64,000 nucleotides of DNA from a virus: IMG/VR virus record IMGVR_UViG_3300021135_000003. One strand, written 5' to 3'. Positions 1 through 7,992 of this stretch are shown here, piece by piece. The first letter of the stretch is position 1. The number at the start of each line of letters is the position of its first letter. The notes beneath the pieces were generated by a model. It saw nothing but the letters and a program-made list of their open reading frames with translations. It searched no databases and had not been told where the DNA came from. Both the position numbers and the translations under genes were made by a program.

Positions 1-2
1 TT

Positions 3-401
3 ATGGATTTTCACATCTTTGAAGATCTGGAATTTATGCCAGATACACAAGAATTACTCACTTATGTGAGCAAACTCGACTTAATTAATATTGAAATTCT
101 CACTTCCATGGGAACTTTTGATGTTCAGCAAGGAAATGAAGCAAAAAGACAAAAACAAAAATGGTTAGATAAATGGAATATTCCATATAAAGCCAATTTT
201 GTTCGTTCTAAAGAAGAAAAATCTAATTTTGCTCACGATCGAGCAATATTAGTTGATGATTCTCCAGGATGCATCGACCCATTTTCTGCAAAGAATGGAT
301 ATGGAATTTTACATACACGTTCATCTGATACAATTCAGCAAATTCATGATACTATTCGTGGTATTCGTGGGTTATATGCATTAAGGAAAGATTATGCTTG
401 A
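3..401 (+). CDS. HAD-superfamily 5'(3')-deoxyribonucleotidase-like protein (probably 5'-truncated by window edge)
   Basis: ILTS motif, K-x-x-WL, and C-terminal ILVDDSP acidic motif typical of phage NT5C-like HAD proteins. Confidence 0.65.
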   Translation: MDFHIFEDLEFMPDTQELLTYVSKLDLINIEILTSMGTFDVQQGNEAKRQKQKWLDKWNIPYKANFVRSKEEKSNFAHDRAILVDDSPGCIDPFSAKNGYGILHTRSSDTIQQIHDTIRGIRGLYALRKDYA

Positions 402-705
402 TATTTTTGGACCAACTATTGAATGGATTAAAGATGACTGGAGAAGTAACCCTACTAGATTTGTTCTTGAGCTGCTTGCTTGGGCTATCAGTGTTGGCTG
501 CAGCATCACGATGGCAGTCACAGTCCCTAATCCTCCTCTTATTTTACTATACCCTGTCTGGATTAGTGGCTGTGCTCTTTATGCTTATGCTGCTTATACT
601 CGGAAATCGTTTGGGATGCTTGCTAACTATATCTTGTTAACAAGTATTGATACATTTGGATTAATAAGGATGTTGGTGGCGACTGGGGTTTTAAAACACT
701 GGTAA
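394..705 (+). CDS. Small membrane protein (about 3 TM helices), unknown function
   Basis: Three hydrophobic stretches; start overlaps upstream stop, AAGGA upstream. Confidence 0.6.
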   Translation: MLDIFGPTIEWIKDDWRSNPTRFVLELLAWAISVGCSITMAVTVPNPPLILLYPVWISGCALYAYAAYTRKSFGMLANYILLTSIDTFGLIRMLVATGVLKHW

Positions 706-713
706 AAGGAAAT

Positions 714-1286
714 ATGTTTAAAGATCTAATAATTGTACCAAATTTTTTTGATAATCCAGAAGAGATTGTTAATATAGCAAAATCTAACACATTTTATGCT
801 CACACAGAGCACCCCAAAGATAAGGGTACGCAAATTTATTATGGTGGCAAACGATCTGAACAATTAGATGAATATACAAATAATATCTTAAGTGATACTT
901 TTATAAAAAAAGTAGTTTTTGATAATATTCCGCCAGACTCAACTAGAAATGTTGAATATATGGGTAGTGCATATTTTCATTATTTTTCAAAAGAATATCT
1001 TGGTGGTAAATCTGAAATACATCAAGACTCTGAATTTCTTTCTGGTGTAATTTACTTAAACGACAAACCATTAGAAAACCCAAACGACCATGGAACTATC
1101 GTCTTTAATCAAAATAATGATTCATTTATTATGCCATATATATTTAATACATTAATTATGTATCGCTCTGATTATATTCATGCCCCACTTGCAGGATTTG
1201 GTGAAGATAAAAATAATGGTAGATTATCCCTAGTATTTACTGTACAAAAACTTAAATTAGAAATTTCTCGAAAAACTTTATCATGA
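714..1286 (+). CDS. 2OG-Fe(II) oxygenase-like protein (DUF6445-like)
   Basis: N-term IIVPNFFDNPEE, HxD (IHQDSE), GVIYLN, distal His (YIHAP) and Arg (GRLSLVF); SD AAAGGA. Confidence 0.7.
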   Translation: MFKDLIIVPNFFDNPEEIVNIAKSNTFYAHTEHPKDKGTQIYYGGKRSEQLDEYTNNILSDTFIKKVVFDNIPPDSTRNVEYMGSAYFHYFSKEYLGGKSEIHQDSEFLSGVIYLNDKPLENPNDHGTIVFNQNNDSFIMPYIFNTLIMYRSDYIHAPLAGFGEDKNNGRLSLVFTVQKLKLEISRKTLS

Positions 1287-1825
1287 ATATTTTTTATCTT
1301 GACAACGATCCCCGTAAGTGTGCAGAAATGCACGTTGATAAACATTGCGTAAAGATGATTCTCGAATATGCACAATTACTTTCTACTGCTCACCGCTATC
1401 TTGACGGTATTCTTACTAATGGTTTATCTAAGTCTGGTCGCAAACGGAAGCAATACATTCTCTCCGATAATCGTGAGCATATATTGTATAGTGCTACTCA
1501 TATTAACCATCCCTCTGCTGTTTGGGTAAGACAGTCGCTAGAAAATTATCAATGGCTTTATAATTTGTTTGTTGACTTATGTTACGAATACAAATTTAGA
1601 TATAATCGTGATCATAAAACATCATTGTTAATGTCAACATTACAATTTCCACCTAATCATATTCCAAAAGATAAATCATTTACTGAACCAACACCAGCGA
1701 TGCCTGACAAATATAAAGTAGCTGGCAATTCTGTGTTATCGTATCATAATTACTATATTGGCGATAAAGCAGAAATGTTTACTTGGAAAAATCGTCAACC
1801 ACCTAAGTGGATTGCATACGTATAA
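1283..1825 (+). CDS. Pyrimidine-dimer DNA glycosylase/endonuclease V-like protein
   Basis: MNIFYLD...HVDKHCVKMILEYAQLLSTAH and THINHPSAVW motifs of the widespread phage Pyr_excise-related family. Confidence 0.7.
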   Translation: MNIFYLDNDPRKCAEMHVDKHCVKMILEYAQLLSTAHRYLDGILTNGLSKSGRKRKQYILSDNREHILYSATHINHPSAVWVRQSLENYQWLYNLFVDLCYEYKFRYNRDHKTSLLMSTLQFPPNHIPKDKSFTEPTPAMPDKYKVAGNSVLSYHNYYIGDKAEMFTWKNRQPPKWIAYV

Positions 1826-1826
1826 G

Positions 1827-2429
1827 ATGCAGTACATTAATTTATTTCCAACACCACTATACGTTGATGAACAATTAGAATTAGCAAAAGAAATTCTTCC
1901 AGTGGCAGAAGATTATCTAAATGTATATGGTGACAAATATCTGAATCAACAAAATTATGATTCAACATATAATATTAATTCTGCTGGATTAAAACAAAGA
2001 ACAGATGCAAGATTAATTAATCTCAATAATTATATTAAGACTGCATCTAGAAAATATTTTGAAGATAATTGTATAGATTCTACTGGATGGTCTTTGACAC
2101 CATATTATTTGTTTAATAAAATAACATCTGGTGGAGCGCATCCACCCCACCCACACCCAGGATCATTATTATCTGGATGTTTTTATTTAAAAGTACCAAA
2201 AGATTCTGCGCCAATTGTATACAATGATCCAAGAGACTATTGGAAATTTATACAATATCCAATTAAATTTGGAGATACTATAGAAAAATATAATTTATTT
2301 CCAGAATATGTTATTAACCCAGTTGAAGGAACATTTTTAATGTGGCCAAGTTGGTTATGTCATGAAGTTCCAGCAAGTGCTAATACTGAAGACAGAATTT
2401 GTGTTGCGTTTAATCTTCAACCAAACTAA
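1827..2429 (+). CDS. 2OG-Fe(II) oxygenase, TIGR02466-like
   Basis: LFPTPLY N-term, HxH (PHPHP)-SLLSGCFYL, PSWLCHEV, RICVAFN; ATG 1827 directly follows upstream TAA. Confidence 0.8.
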   Translation: MQYINLFPTPLYVDEQLELAKEILPVAEDYLNVYGDKYLNQQNYDSTYNINSAGLKQRTDARLINLNNYIKTASRKYFEDNCIDSTGWSLTPYYLFNKITSGGAHPPHPHPGSLLSGCFYLKVPKDSAPIVYNDPRDYWKFIQYPIKFGDTIEKYNLFPEYVINPVEGTFLMWPSWLCHEVPASANTEDRICVAFNLQPN

Positions 2430-2432
2430 ATA
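2426..2432 (+). promoter_or_regulatory. T4-type late promoter (CTAAATA)
   Basis: (C/A)TAAATA recurs just upstream of many genes in this window; gp33 present. Confidence 0.55.
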
Positions 2433-2449
2433 GAAGGTAAGGAGATATT

Positions 2450-2698
2450 ATGCCAACATATGTATTTCGTAATAAAGAAACTGGCGAACAGTTTGAACAA
2501 GTGATGAAAATGTCAGAACTCGACCCATTCAGGGAAAATAATCCCCACCTAGAAACAGTAATCCAATCAGTAGCATTTGGAGATCCTACTAAATTAAGCA
2601 CAACTCGTAAATTTGATTCAGGATTTAAGGAGGTATTACAAAAAATACACGAACGATCACCAGGAAGCGAATTAAATAAAACATCGTCACAACTATAA
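2450..2698 (+). CDS. FmdB-like small regulatory/zinc-ribbon-like protein
   Basis: MPTYVFRNKETGEQFE N-terminus typical of this T4-like family; SD AAGGAG. Confidence 0.6.
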   Translation: MPTYVFRNKETGEQFEQVMKMSELDPFRENNPHLETVIQSVAFGDPTKLSTTRKFDSGFKEVLQKIHERSPGSELNKTSSQL

Positions 2699-2707
2699 GG
2701 AATTCTA

Positions 2708-3478
2708 ATGGCTCGTACTTCGGCAGCAAAAAAAGTAATAGAAATACATAATGAAGAACGTGAGTCAAAGCCAGTTGCTAGTAATCAATTAAAATTAAGA
2801 TTAGATAATTTAAAAACATTTCAACCATTAACTGATAATCAAAAACTATTTTATAATGCATATAAACAGGGTGACTACTTTATAGCACTCCATGGCGTCG
2901 CAGGTACTGGTAAAACTTTCATTGCACTTTATAAAGCAATTGAAGAAGTCCTCGATAAAACAAATCCATTCAATAAAATTATCGTAGTTCGTTCTGCGGT
3001 CCAATCTCGCGAAATTGGTCACCTTCCAGGCGATGTTGGTGAAAAGATGGATATCTATGAACAACCATATCGTCAAATCTGCCATCAGTTATTTGATCGT
3101 AAAGACGCATGGGATCGTTTAGAAGAACAGGGTTATGTAACTTTTATTTCTACCTCGTTTATTCGTGGTATGTCTTTTGATAATGCAATTATTATCGTTG
3201 ACGAGATGCAGAACTTGACTTATGAAGAGATTGATACAGTTATGACTCGTGTTGGTCATATGTCTAAAATTATCTGGTGTGGGGATTATCGACAAACCGA
3301 CCTAAATAAAAGAAAGAACGACGTTACTGGTATTTTAAAGTTTTTTGATATTGCTCAACACATGAAAGCATTTACTCGTATTGAATTTACTGTAGATGAT
3401 ATTGTTCGTTCATCACTAGTAAAAGATTATATTTTAGCCAAACTAAAATATGAAGATTACGAGGACAAGAAAAAATAA
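2708..3478 (+). CDS. phoH: PhoH-like ATPase
   Basis: Walker A GVAGTGKT, IGHLPGD, FIRGMSFDNAIIIVDEMQN, GDYRQTDL, DIVRS. Confidence 0.95.
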   Translation: MARTSAAKKVIEIHNEERESKPVASNQLKLRLDNLKTFQPLTDNQKLFYNAYKQGDYFIALHGVAGTGKTFIALYKAIEEVLDKTNPFNKIIVVRSAVQSREIGHLPGDVGEKMDIYEQPYRQICHQLFDRKDAWDRLEEQGYVTFISTSFIRGMSFDNAIIIVDEMQNLTYEEIDTVMTRVGHMSKIIWCGDYRQTDLNKRKNDVTGILKFFDIAQHMKAFTRIEFTVDDIVRSSLVKDYILAKLKYEDYEDKKK

Positions 3479-4320
3479 TGTATGATTTTGAGATAACACG
3501 TGTCGGTATACCAATTCGTAATACAGACATAACACAAAGTTTTTTAGAAGTTGTTAATAAATTAAAAACAAGCAATGATTGTATTGCGTTAATGACAGCC
3601 GACTATCTTGGAATAGATCATTCTTCTAATCCTGAATATTTAAGTGCTCCTTCAGGACATGAAATACTTTTTAAAGAGTTTGAATTTAATGTATATGATG
3701 GAAATTTAAAATATGGTGTGATGAATACGTTTGGTAGAATATGGAATATTAATGATGGAATTCAGAGGGATGGTCCGACAATAATTTCATATTTGTTTAA
3801 TTTTCTTCAGCAAGAATATAAAAAACTTAAATTTAAACATGTCTATATGTTTACTCCTGGTAGTCCATATGTGTACGATATGTTTACTGAATTTATAAAA
3901 AGAAAACGTGCTTTAAATATTATTGATGCAAGATCTTCTATTCACATATCAACTACTTTAATGTCTGAGTATTTAAATGTAGGAAGATTTAATATCCGAG
4001 AATATATACCAGATTTTATAGAGGAAAAAGATCCATCATTAAAACCTGGATTAAATGTTTTTGGTGGAATTTCTAATAACTATAATCATAATTCTGGTAT
4101 GCCAATGATAGAACATTTTTTTAAATCTCTAAAATCTTTATTAGACATTAATGATTTGTTTTTATATTCAAATATTGGTAAAGATGATGTATTTTTGAAA
4201 GCAGTAACATTTGAAGAGGCACTAAATAATGTTGAGTATTTTTCTAATCCAGATATGATCTTAACGTATGGAGTGTTCAAAAATGATAACAGCAGAACAG
4301 TTTGCTCAGATATTTCCTAG
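3478..4320 (+). CDS. Hypothetical protein
   Basis: 280-aa ORF coupled by TAATG to phoH; no recognisable motif. Confidence 0.6.
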   Translation: MYDFEITRVGIPIRNTDITQSFLEVVNKLKTSNDCIALMTADYLGIDHSSNPEYLSAPSGHEILFKEFEFNVYDGNLKYGVMNTFGRIWNINDGIQRDGPTIISYLFNFLQQEYKKLKFKHVYMFTPGSPYVYDMFTEFIKRKRALNIIDARSSIHISTTLMSEYLNVGRFNIREYIPDFIEEKDPSLKPGLNVFGGISNNYNHNSGMPMIEHFFKSLKSLLDINDLFLYSNIGKDDVFLKAVTFEEALNNVEYFSNPDMILTYGVFKNDNSRTVCSDIS

Positions 4321-4894
4321 AAATACAGACCCACAAGGTTGGGTTGCTTCTATGAATAAAACTTTTCCTAATTATGGTATTGATCAACCCCATCGTATTG
4401 CAGCATTTCTTGCTCAATGTGGTCATGAGTCAGGTGGATGGGCTATCTTTGAAGAAAATTTAAATTACTCAGCGCAAGGTTTAATGGGTATTTTTGGTTC
4501 GCATTTCCATGGAGATGCTGATCAATATGCTCGTCAACCAGAAAAGATTGCCAATAGAATCTATGCTAACCGAATGGGCAATGGCGATGAAGCATCTGGT
4601 GATGGTTGGAAATATCGTGGACGTGGTCCAATTCAGTTAACTGGTAAAGCCAATTATACTAAGTTTGCGCAAGATATGTTTGATGACTGGCAAAATTTAC
4701 TTGATAACCCAGACTGGGTAACGTATGATAAAGATTTCGCTTTAATGTCTGCGATTTGGTTCTGGAATGCACATAATCTTAATCACTATGCTGATATTGG
4801 TGATATTAAAACTATGACTAAGATTATCAATGGTGGTTATCTTGGTCTTGATGAACGACAACAATTATATAATCAGATTATTCAATACGTTTAA
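4283..4894 (+). CDS. Glycoside hydrolase family 19 endolysin
   Basis: AAFLAQCGHESGG, EENLNYS, DGWKYRGRGPIQLTGKANY, INGGYLGLDER. Confidence 0.92.
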   Translation: MITAEQFAQIFPRNTDPQGWVASMNKTFPNYGIDQPHRIAAFLAQCGHESGGWAIFEENLNYSAQGLMGIFGSHFHGDADQYARQPEKIANRIYANRMGNGDEASGDGWKYRGRGPIQLTGKANYTKFAQDMFDDWQNLLDNPDWVTYDKDFALMSAIWFWNAHNLNHYADIGDIKTMTKIINGGYLGLDERQQLYNQIIQYV

Positions 4895-5547
4895 TGAAAA
4901 CATTTATACATCATGATATCGCTAAACTTGAACGTGATACATCCCCCGATGGCACAAGAGTATATAAAACGCCATCGGGTAAATCCTATCCCTCCGTTAC
5001 GACAGTTACAGGACTGCACTCAGCAAAAGGGATCGCAGAATGGAGAAAACGAGTTGGCGAAGCAGAAGCAAATAAAATCTCTGGAAGAGCCTCAGCAAGA
5101 GGAACGAGGATTCACCAGTATTGTGAAGACTATTTACGAGGAAACCTATTCGAAGCAGATATGTTCGACCTCCAAATGTTCAACTCTATCAAACCCCTCC
5201 TTGACCAAGTTGACAACATCCACTGCTTGGAAACTCCATTATGGTCTGACCATTTACAAGTCGCTGGCACAGTTGACTGCATCGCAGAGTTCCAAGGTAA
5301 ACTTAGTGTTATAGATTTTAAAACATCAAGCAAACCAAAAGATAGAGATGACATTCATAACTACTTTATGCAAACTGCAGCATATGCAGTAGCTTTTGAA
5401 GAAAGAACAGGAATTCCTATCGGAAGACTTGTTATTATTATGGCAGTTGATAATGATGATCCAAGATGGTTTATAGAAAAAAGAGACAATTGGATTGGTG
5501 GGTTTAGAAAGTTAAGATTAGATTACAAAAATTTAAAAAATATTTGA
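4894..5547 (+). CDS. PD-(D/E)XK (Cas4-like) exonuclease
   Basis: YPSVTTV, RGTRIH, AGTVDC, IDFKTS, QTAAY motifs. Confidence 0.88.
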   Translation: MKTFIHHDIAKLERDTSPDGTRVYKTPSGKSYPSVTTVTGLHSAKGIAEWRKRVGEAEANKISGRASARGTRIHQYCEDYLRGNLFEADMFDLQMFNSIKPLLDQVDNIHCLETPLWSDHLQVAGTVDCIAEFQGKLSVIDFKTSSKPKDRDDIHNYFMQTAAYAVAFEERTGIPIGRLVIIMAVDNDDPRWFIEKRDNWIGGFRKLRLDYKNLKNI

Positions 5548-5554
5548 GGATAAA

Positions 5555-5788
5555 ATGATTTTGTTTAAAACTAAATTTTATGAAAAAACAATGCGCTCAT
5601 TGGGTAAAGTTGTTACATGGCGTATTCTTGTTACGATTACTAATTTTATTGGTGGTTACTTAGCATCAGGATCTTGGATGGTTGGTTTGGGTGTAGTTTC
5701 TTTTGCGCTCGTAGTTAACTCAATTCTATATTTCTTTCATGAACGTGCATGGAATGTAATTGATGTTGGTAAAGAAGTTAAAGAATAA
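5555..5788 (+). CDS. DUF2061-like small membrane protein
   Basis: RSLGKVVTWRI...YFFHERAW signature. Confidence 0.75.
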   Translation: MILFKTKFYEKTMRSLGKVVTWRILVTITNFIGGYLASGSWMVGLGVVSFALVVNSILYFFHERAWNVIDVGKEVKE

Positions 5789-5789
5789 T

Positions 5790-5818
5790 TTGACATTTTA
5801 AACTATATAATGTATAAT
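5790..5818 (+). promoter_or_regulatory. Consensus sigma70 promoter for tmRNA
   Basis: TTGACA (5790-5795), 17 nt spacer, TATAAT (5813-5818). Confidence 0.9.
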
Positions 5819-5824
5819 AGTGAT

Positions 5825-6141
5825 ATGGTTGTATGAAGCAACTAGAAAAGTGTTCTGGACGGGAGTTCGATTCTCCCCACCTCCACCAAAAGTATATTGA
5901 CGAACCGAGTTATCGGTAGCAAACATAGAAACTGTGGCAATATACTTCTGATGGGGGTGACTAGGTTTCGACAGGGCAACAAGTACAGAAGTGGACAACT
6001 TGGCAATGTGAAAGCCATTAGGATTGGGGAAACTCGGTCGAAGAAGCAAAAAACGTAAACGCAAACGACGAACTGTTCGCATTAGCAGCCTAAACACTGC
6101 TTAGGGTTTCGGTAACTTTCCTCGTAACAGAATAAGTTACC
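5825..6141 (+). ncRNA. ssrA: Circularly permuted (two-piece) tmRNA; tag ANDELFALAA
   Basis: Acceptor piece first: T-arm GGGAG-TTCGATT-CTCCC (5861-5877), CACCTCC-A-CCA ending 5888. Intervening sequence 5889-5952. Coding piece starts GGGGGTG (5953) pairing 7/7 with G3:U70. Tag ORF 6061-6093 gca aac gac gaa ctg ttc gca tta gca gcc taa. Outer ends approximate. Confidence 0.95.
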
Positions 6142-6170
6142 ATTTTTAAATTTAAAAAGGAAGTTAATTT

Positions 6171-6626
6171 ATGAAACATTTAGTTCTAGTTGCTGCTTTA
6201 ATGGCAGCATTTTCTGCCCAAGCATTTGAGGTTGGTGTTACTGGGAGTTATGATAACGCAAAACATGATCAAACAGGTTATGGCGTAACTGTTGGTGAAC
6301 ATTTTGGTAAATTTAGCGCAACTGCTGGATTTGATCGTTATAGCAAAGATAGTTTAAACAAATATAGTATCATTGGTGGTTATGATGTTGCTCAAATTGG
6401 CTCTGCAACTTTAACTGCTAAAATTGGTGCAGTATACCTTGATCAAGAAAATTCAAAATATTATTCCGATCGTTCTGGCTATGCTGGCGTAGTTGGTGCT
6501 GGTGTATCAATCCCAGTAACAAAATCTGTTGCTGCTACTGTTGATTATCGTTATCAGGCTGGACAATCTCGTGTTGATAACTTAAATGGATCAACTGTAT
6601 TGGTTGGCGCAAAGTACGCATTTTAA
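6171..6626 (+). CDS. Small outer-membrane beta-barrel protein (OmpA/Ail/Lom-like)
   Basis: Signal peptide ending AQA, amphipathic beta-strands, C-terminal aromatic YAF BAM signal; SD AAGGA. Confidence 0.85.
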   Translation: MKHLVLVAALMAAFSAQAFEVGVTGSYDNAKHDQTGYGVTVGEHFGKFSATAGFDRYSKDSLNKYSIIGGYDVAQIGSATLTAKIGAVYLDQENSKYYSDRSGYAGVVGAGVSIPVTKSVAATVDYRYQAGQSRVDNLNGSTVLVGAKYAF

Positions 6627-6627
6627 T

Positions 6628-6894
6628 ATGGAAATTAAACCACTGAGAAAAATGGTTTTGGTCGCTGAAAATGCAGTTGACCAAACCACTGAATCTGGAA
6701 TTATTTTAGATGGAACAACATCTAATCGTAATTCAAAAACAGGTACAGTATTAGCAATAGGTTCTGAAGTTACCGCAGTTAATGTTGGTGACAAAATTTA
6801 TTTGGAATGGAATAAAGGTCAAGTCGTTAAGATTGATGATGCTCAACGTGTAATGATTAAAGAAGAATTTATTGTTGCAGTGGTTGATGCATGA
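6628..6894 (+). CDS. groES: Co-chaperonin GroES (Cpn10)
   Basis: IKPLRKMVLV...TESGIIL...GTVLAIGSEV...VGDKI...MIKEEFIVAV. Confidence 0.9.
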   Translation: MEIKPLRKMVLVAENAVDQTTESGIILDGTTSNRNSKTGTVLAIGSEVTAVNVGDKIYLEWNKGQVVKIDDAQRVMIKEEFIVAVVDA

Positions 6895-7409
6895 AAGCTG
6901 CAGTAGTTTGCAATGGTCCAAGTAGATTTGCTTTTCAAGAAAATTTAGGGTATAATTATATTATCGGTTGTAATATACCTTGGACTAAAGTAAATGCAAC
7001 AGTTATACTTGATGGCAACGTAATACATCGCTGGGCAGGGGATCCTAATCTGATTTCTTGTCCAGCCTTTTTTACAACCAAAGCATGGCGAACGACTGAT
7101 GAAGTTAAGTTTAGAGAATATATACTAAACAATAATTTGTTTATTGATATGATGCCAGATGCTCCTGAATTCTTTTCAGCTGGTCATGTCGCTGCGCAAA
7201 TTATGTGTGAAAATGATTTCACAGAACTTGATATATTTGGGGTTGACTCAATGTTTAAGGATACTGTTGAAAGTTTTACTAATACATTAGTTTATGATCA
7301 TAATCCTGATTCAGAACTTCAGCGTATAGTAAATTGGAGGTTGAACTGGGATAAACTCCAAAACGATTATCCCGAAGTTACTTTTAATTTTATAAAGGAT
7401 ATAACATGA
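6891..7409 (+). CDS. Hypothetical protein with GT29/MptE-like N-terminal motif
   Basis: AAVVCNGPSR...IIGCN...SAGHVA...IFGVD pattern; function uncertain. Confidence 0.45.
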   Translation: MKAAVVCNGPSRFAFQENLGYNYIIGCNIPWTKVNATVILDGNVIHRWAGDPNLISCPAFFTTKAWRTTDEVKFREYILNNNLFIDMMPDAPEFFSAGHVAAQIMCENDFTELDIFGVDSMFKDTVESFTNTLVYDHNPDSELQRIVNWRLNWDKLQNDYPEVTFNFIKDIT

Positions 7410-7585
7410 AAAAAGAATTATTGTTAGCAGCATTAATGGCTAATTTGGCCATTAATGCAATCGCAGCAGATGCACCAAAGAAAGAAACAAAAGCAAAAAC
7501 TACTATTGCTAAAAAAGCGGAAACTCCAAAGGCTCCACCCTCTGGTACAAAACCTACTCCAAAGAAAAAAGTAGAAGCGAAGTAA
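7406..7585 (+). CDS. Small secreted Lys/Pro/Ala-rich protein (59 aa, not in ORF track)
   Basis: SD AAGGA, ATGA overlap; MKKELLLAALMANLAINAIA-ADAPKKETKAKTTIAKKAETPKAPPSGTKPTPKKKVEAK. Confidence 0.75.
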   Translation: MKKELLLAALMANLAINAIAADAPKKETKAKTTIAKKAETPKAPPSGTKPTPKKKVEAK

Positions 7586-7587
7586 TC

Positions 7588-7664
7588 CTAAATAATTATA
7601 CACGTGGGTTGGTGGAACCCAATAAAACCACCATTACACAAACACAACACAAAGGAGTATTATT
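7588..7664 (+). promoter_or_regulatory. Late promoter CTAAATA plus 5' leader with H-type pseudoknot and CA-rich tract
   Basis: CTAAATA 7588-7594; S1 TGGGT/ACCCA, S2 GGTGG/CCACC, A-rich loop; then ACACAAACACAACAC-AAAGGAG. Confidence 0.65.
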
Positions 7665-7940
7665 ATGTCAAATATGACACCATTCGAAATCCGTCTTGAA
7701 CTATTAAAAATGGCAAAAGACATGTTAAATGATGATTATTATGGTAAACGTGAAGTAATTAGCAATAGCTGGCATGCTAAGTTAGAAATTGCTAAAATTA
7801 ATGGTGGAGAGTTACCTGAACATCCAGGATTCCCAGCTTATCCATCCGAAGCAGAAATCATTGCCAAGGCTCAGACCCTAAATGGTTTTGTTTCAAACAT
7901 CCCACTAGATACTACAAAGACTAGCAAAAAGTCCACCTGA
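7665..7940 (+). CDS. Conserved phage hypothetical protein (PFEIRLELLKMAK family)
   Basis: Strong SD AAGGAG; motifs TPFEIRLELLKMAKDML and YPSEAEIIAKA. Confidence 0.7.
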   Translation: MSNMTPFEIRLELLKMAKDMLNDDYYGKREVISNSWHAKLEIAKINGGELPEHPGFPAYPSEAEIIAKAQTLNGFVSNIPLDTTKTSKKST

Positions 7941-7950
7941 TAGGGATTGA

Positions 7951-7980
7951 GAGAGAGCATTTTGCTCTCTTTCTCTTTTA
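7951..7980 (+). terminator. Putative intrinsic terminator/hairpin
   Basis: AGAGAGC-ATTTT-GCTCTCT followed by T-rich tract. Confidence 0.5.
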
Positions 7981-7992
7981 CAAGGAGATCAT

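Noticed and set aside
4894-5547. Cas4 / CRISPR system
   Set aside because: Typical stand-alone T4-like exonuclease; no repeat-spacer array or other cas genes seen
5855-5888. Stand-alone tRNA gene or attP-like tRNA fragment
   Set aside because: No D or anticodon arm upstream; the pairing 5' strand lies downstream, as expected for a permuted tmRNA; no integrase in window
5798-6097. 99-aa minus-strand ORF
   Set aside because: Antisense to the tmRNA; GGGENRTP is the typical reverse-translation artefact of a T-arm/acceptor stem
7600-7635. preQ1-I riboswitch identity for the pseudoknot
   Set aside because: Topology is similar, but S2 is a full 5-bp GC helix, the preQ1 consensus loop is not evident, and no queuosine genes lie downstream
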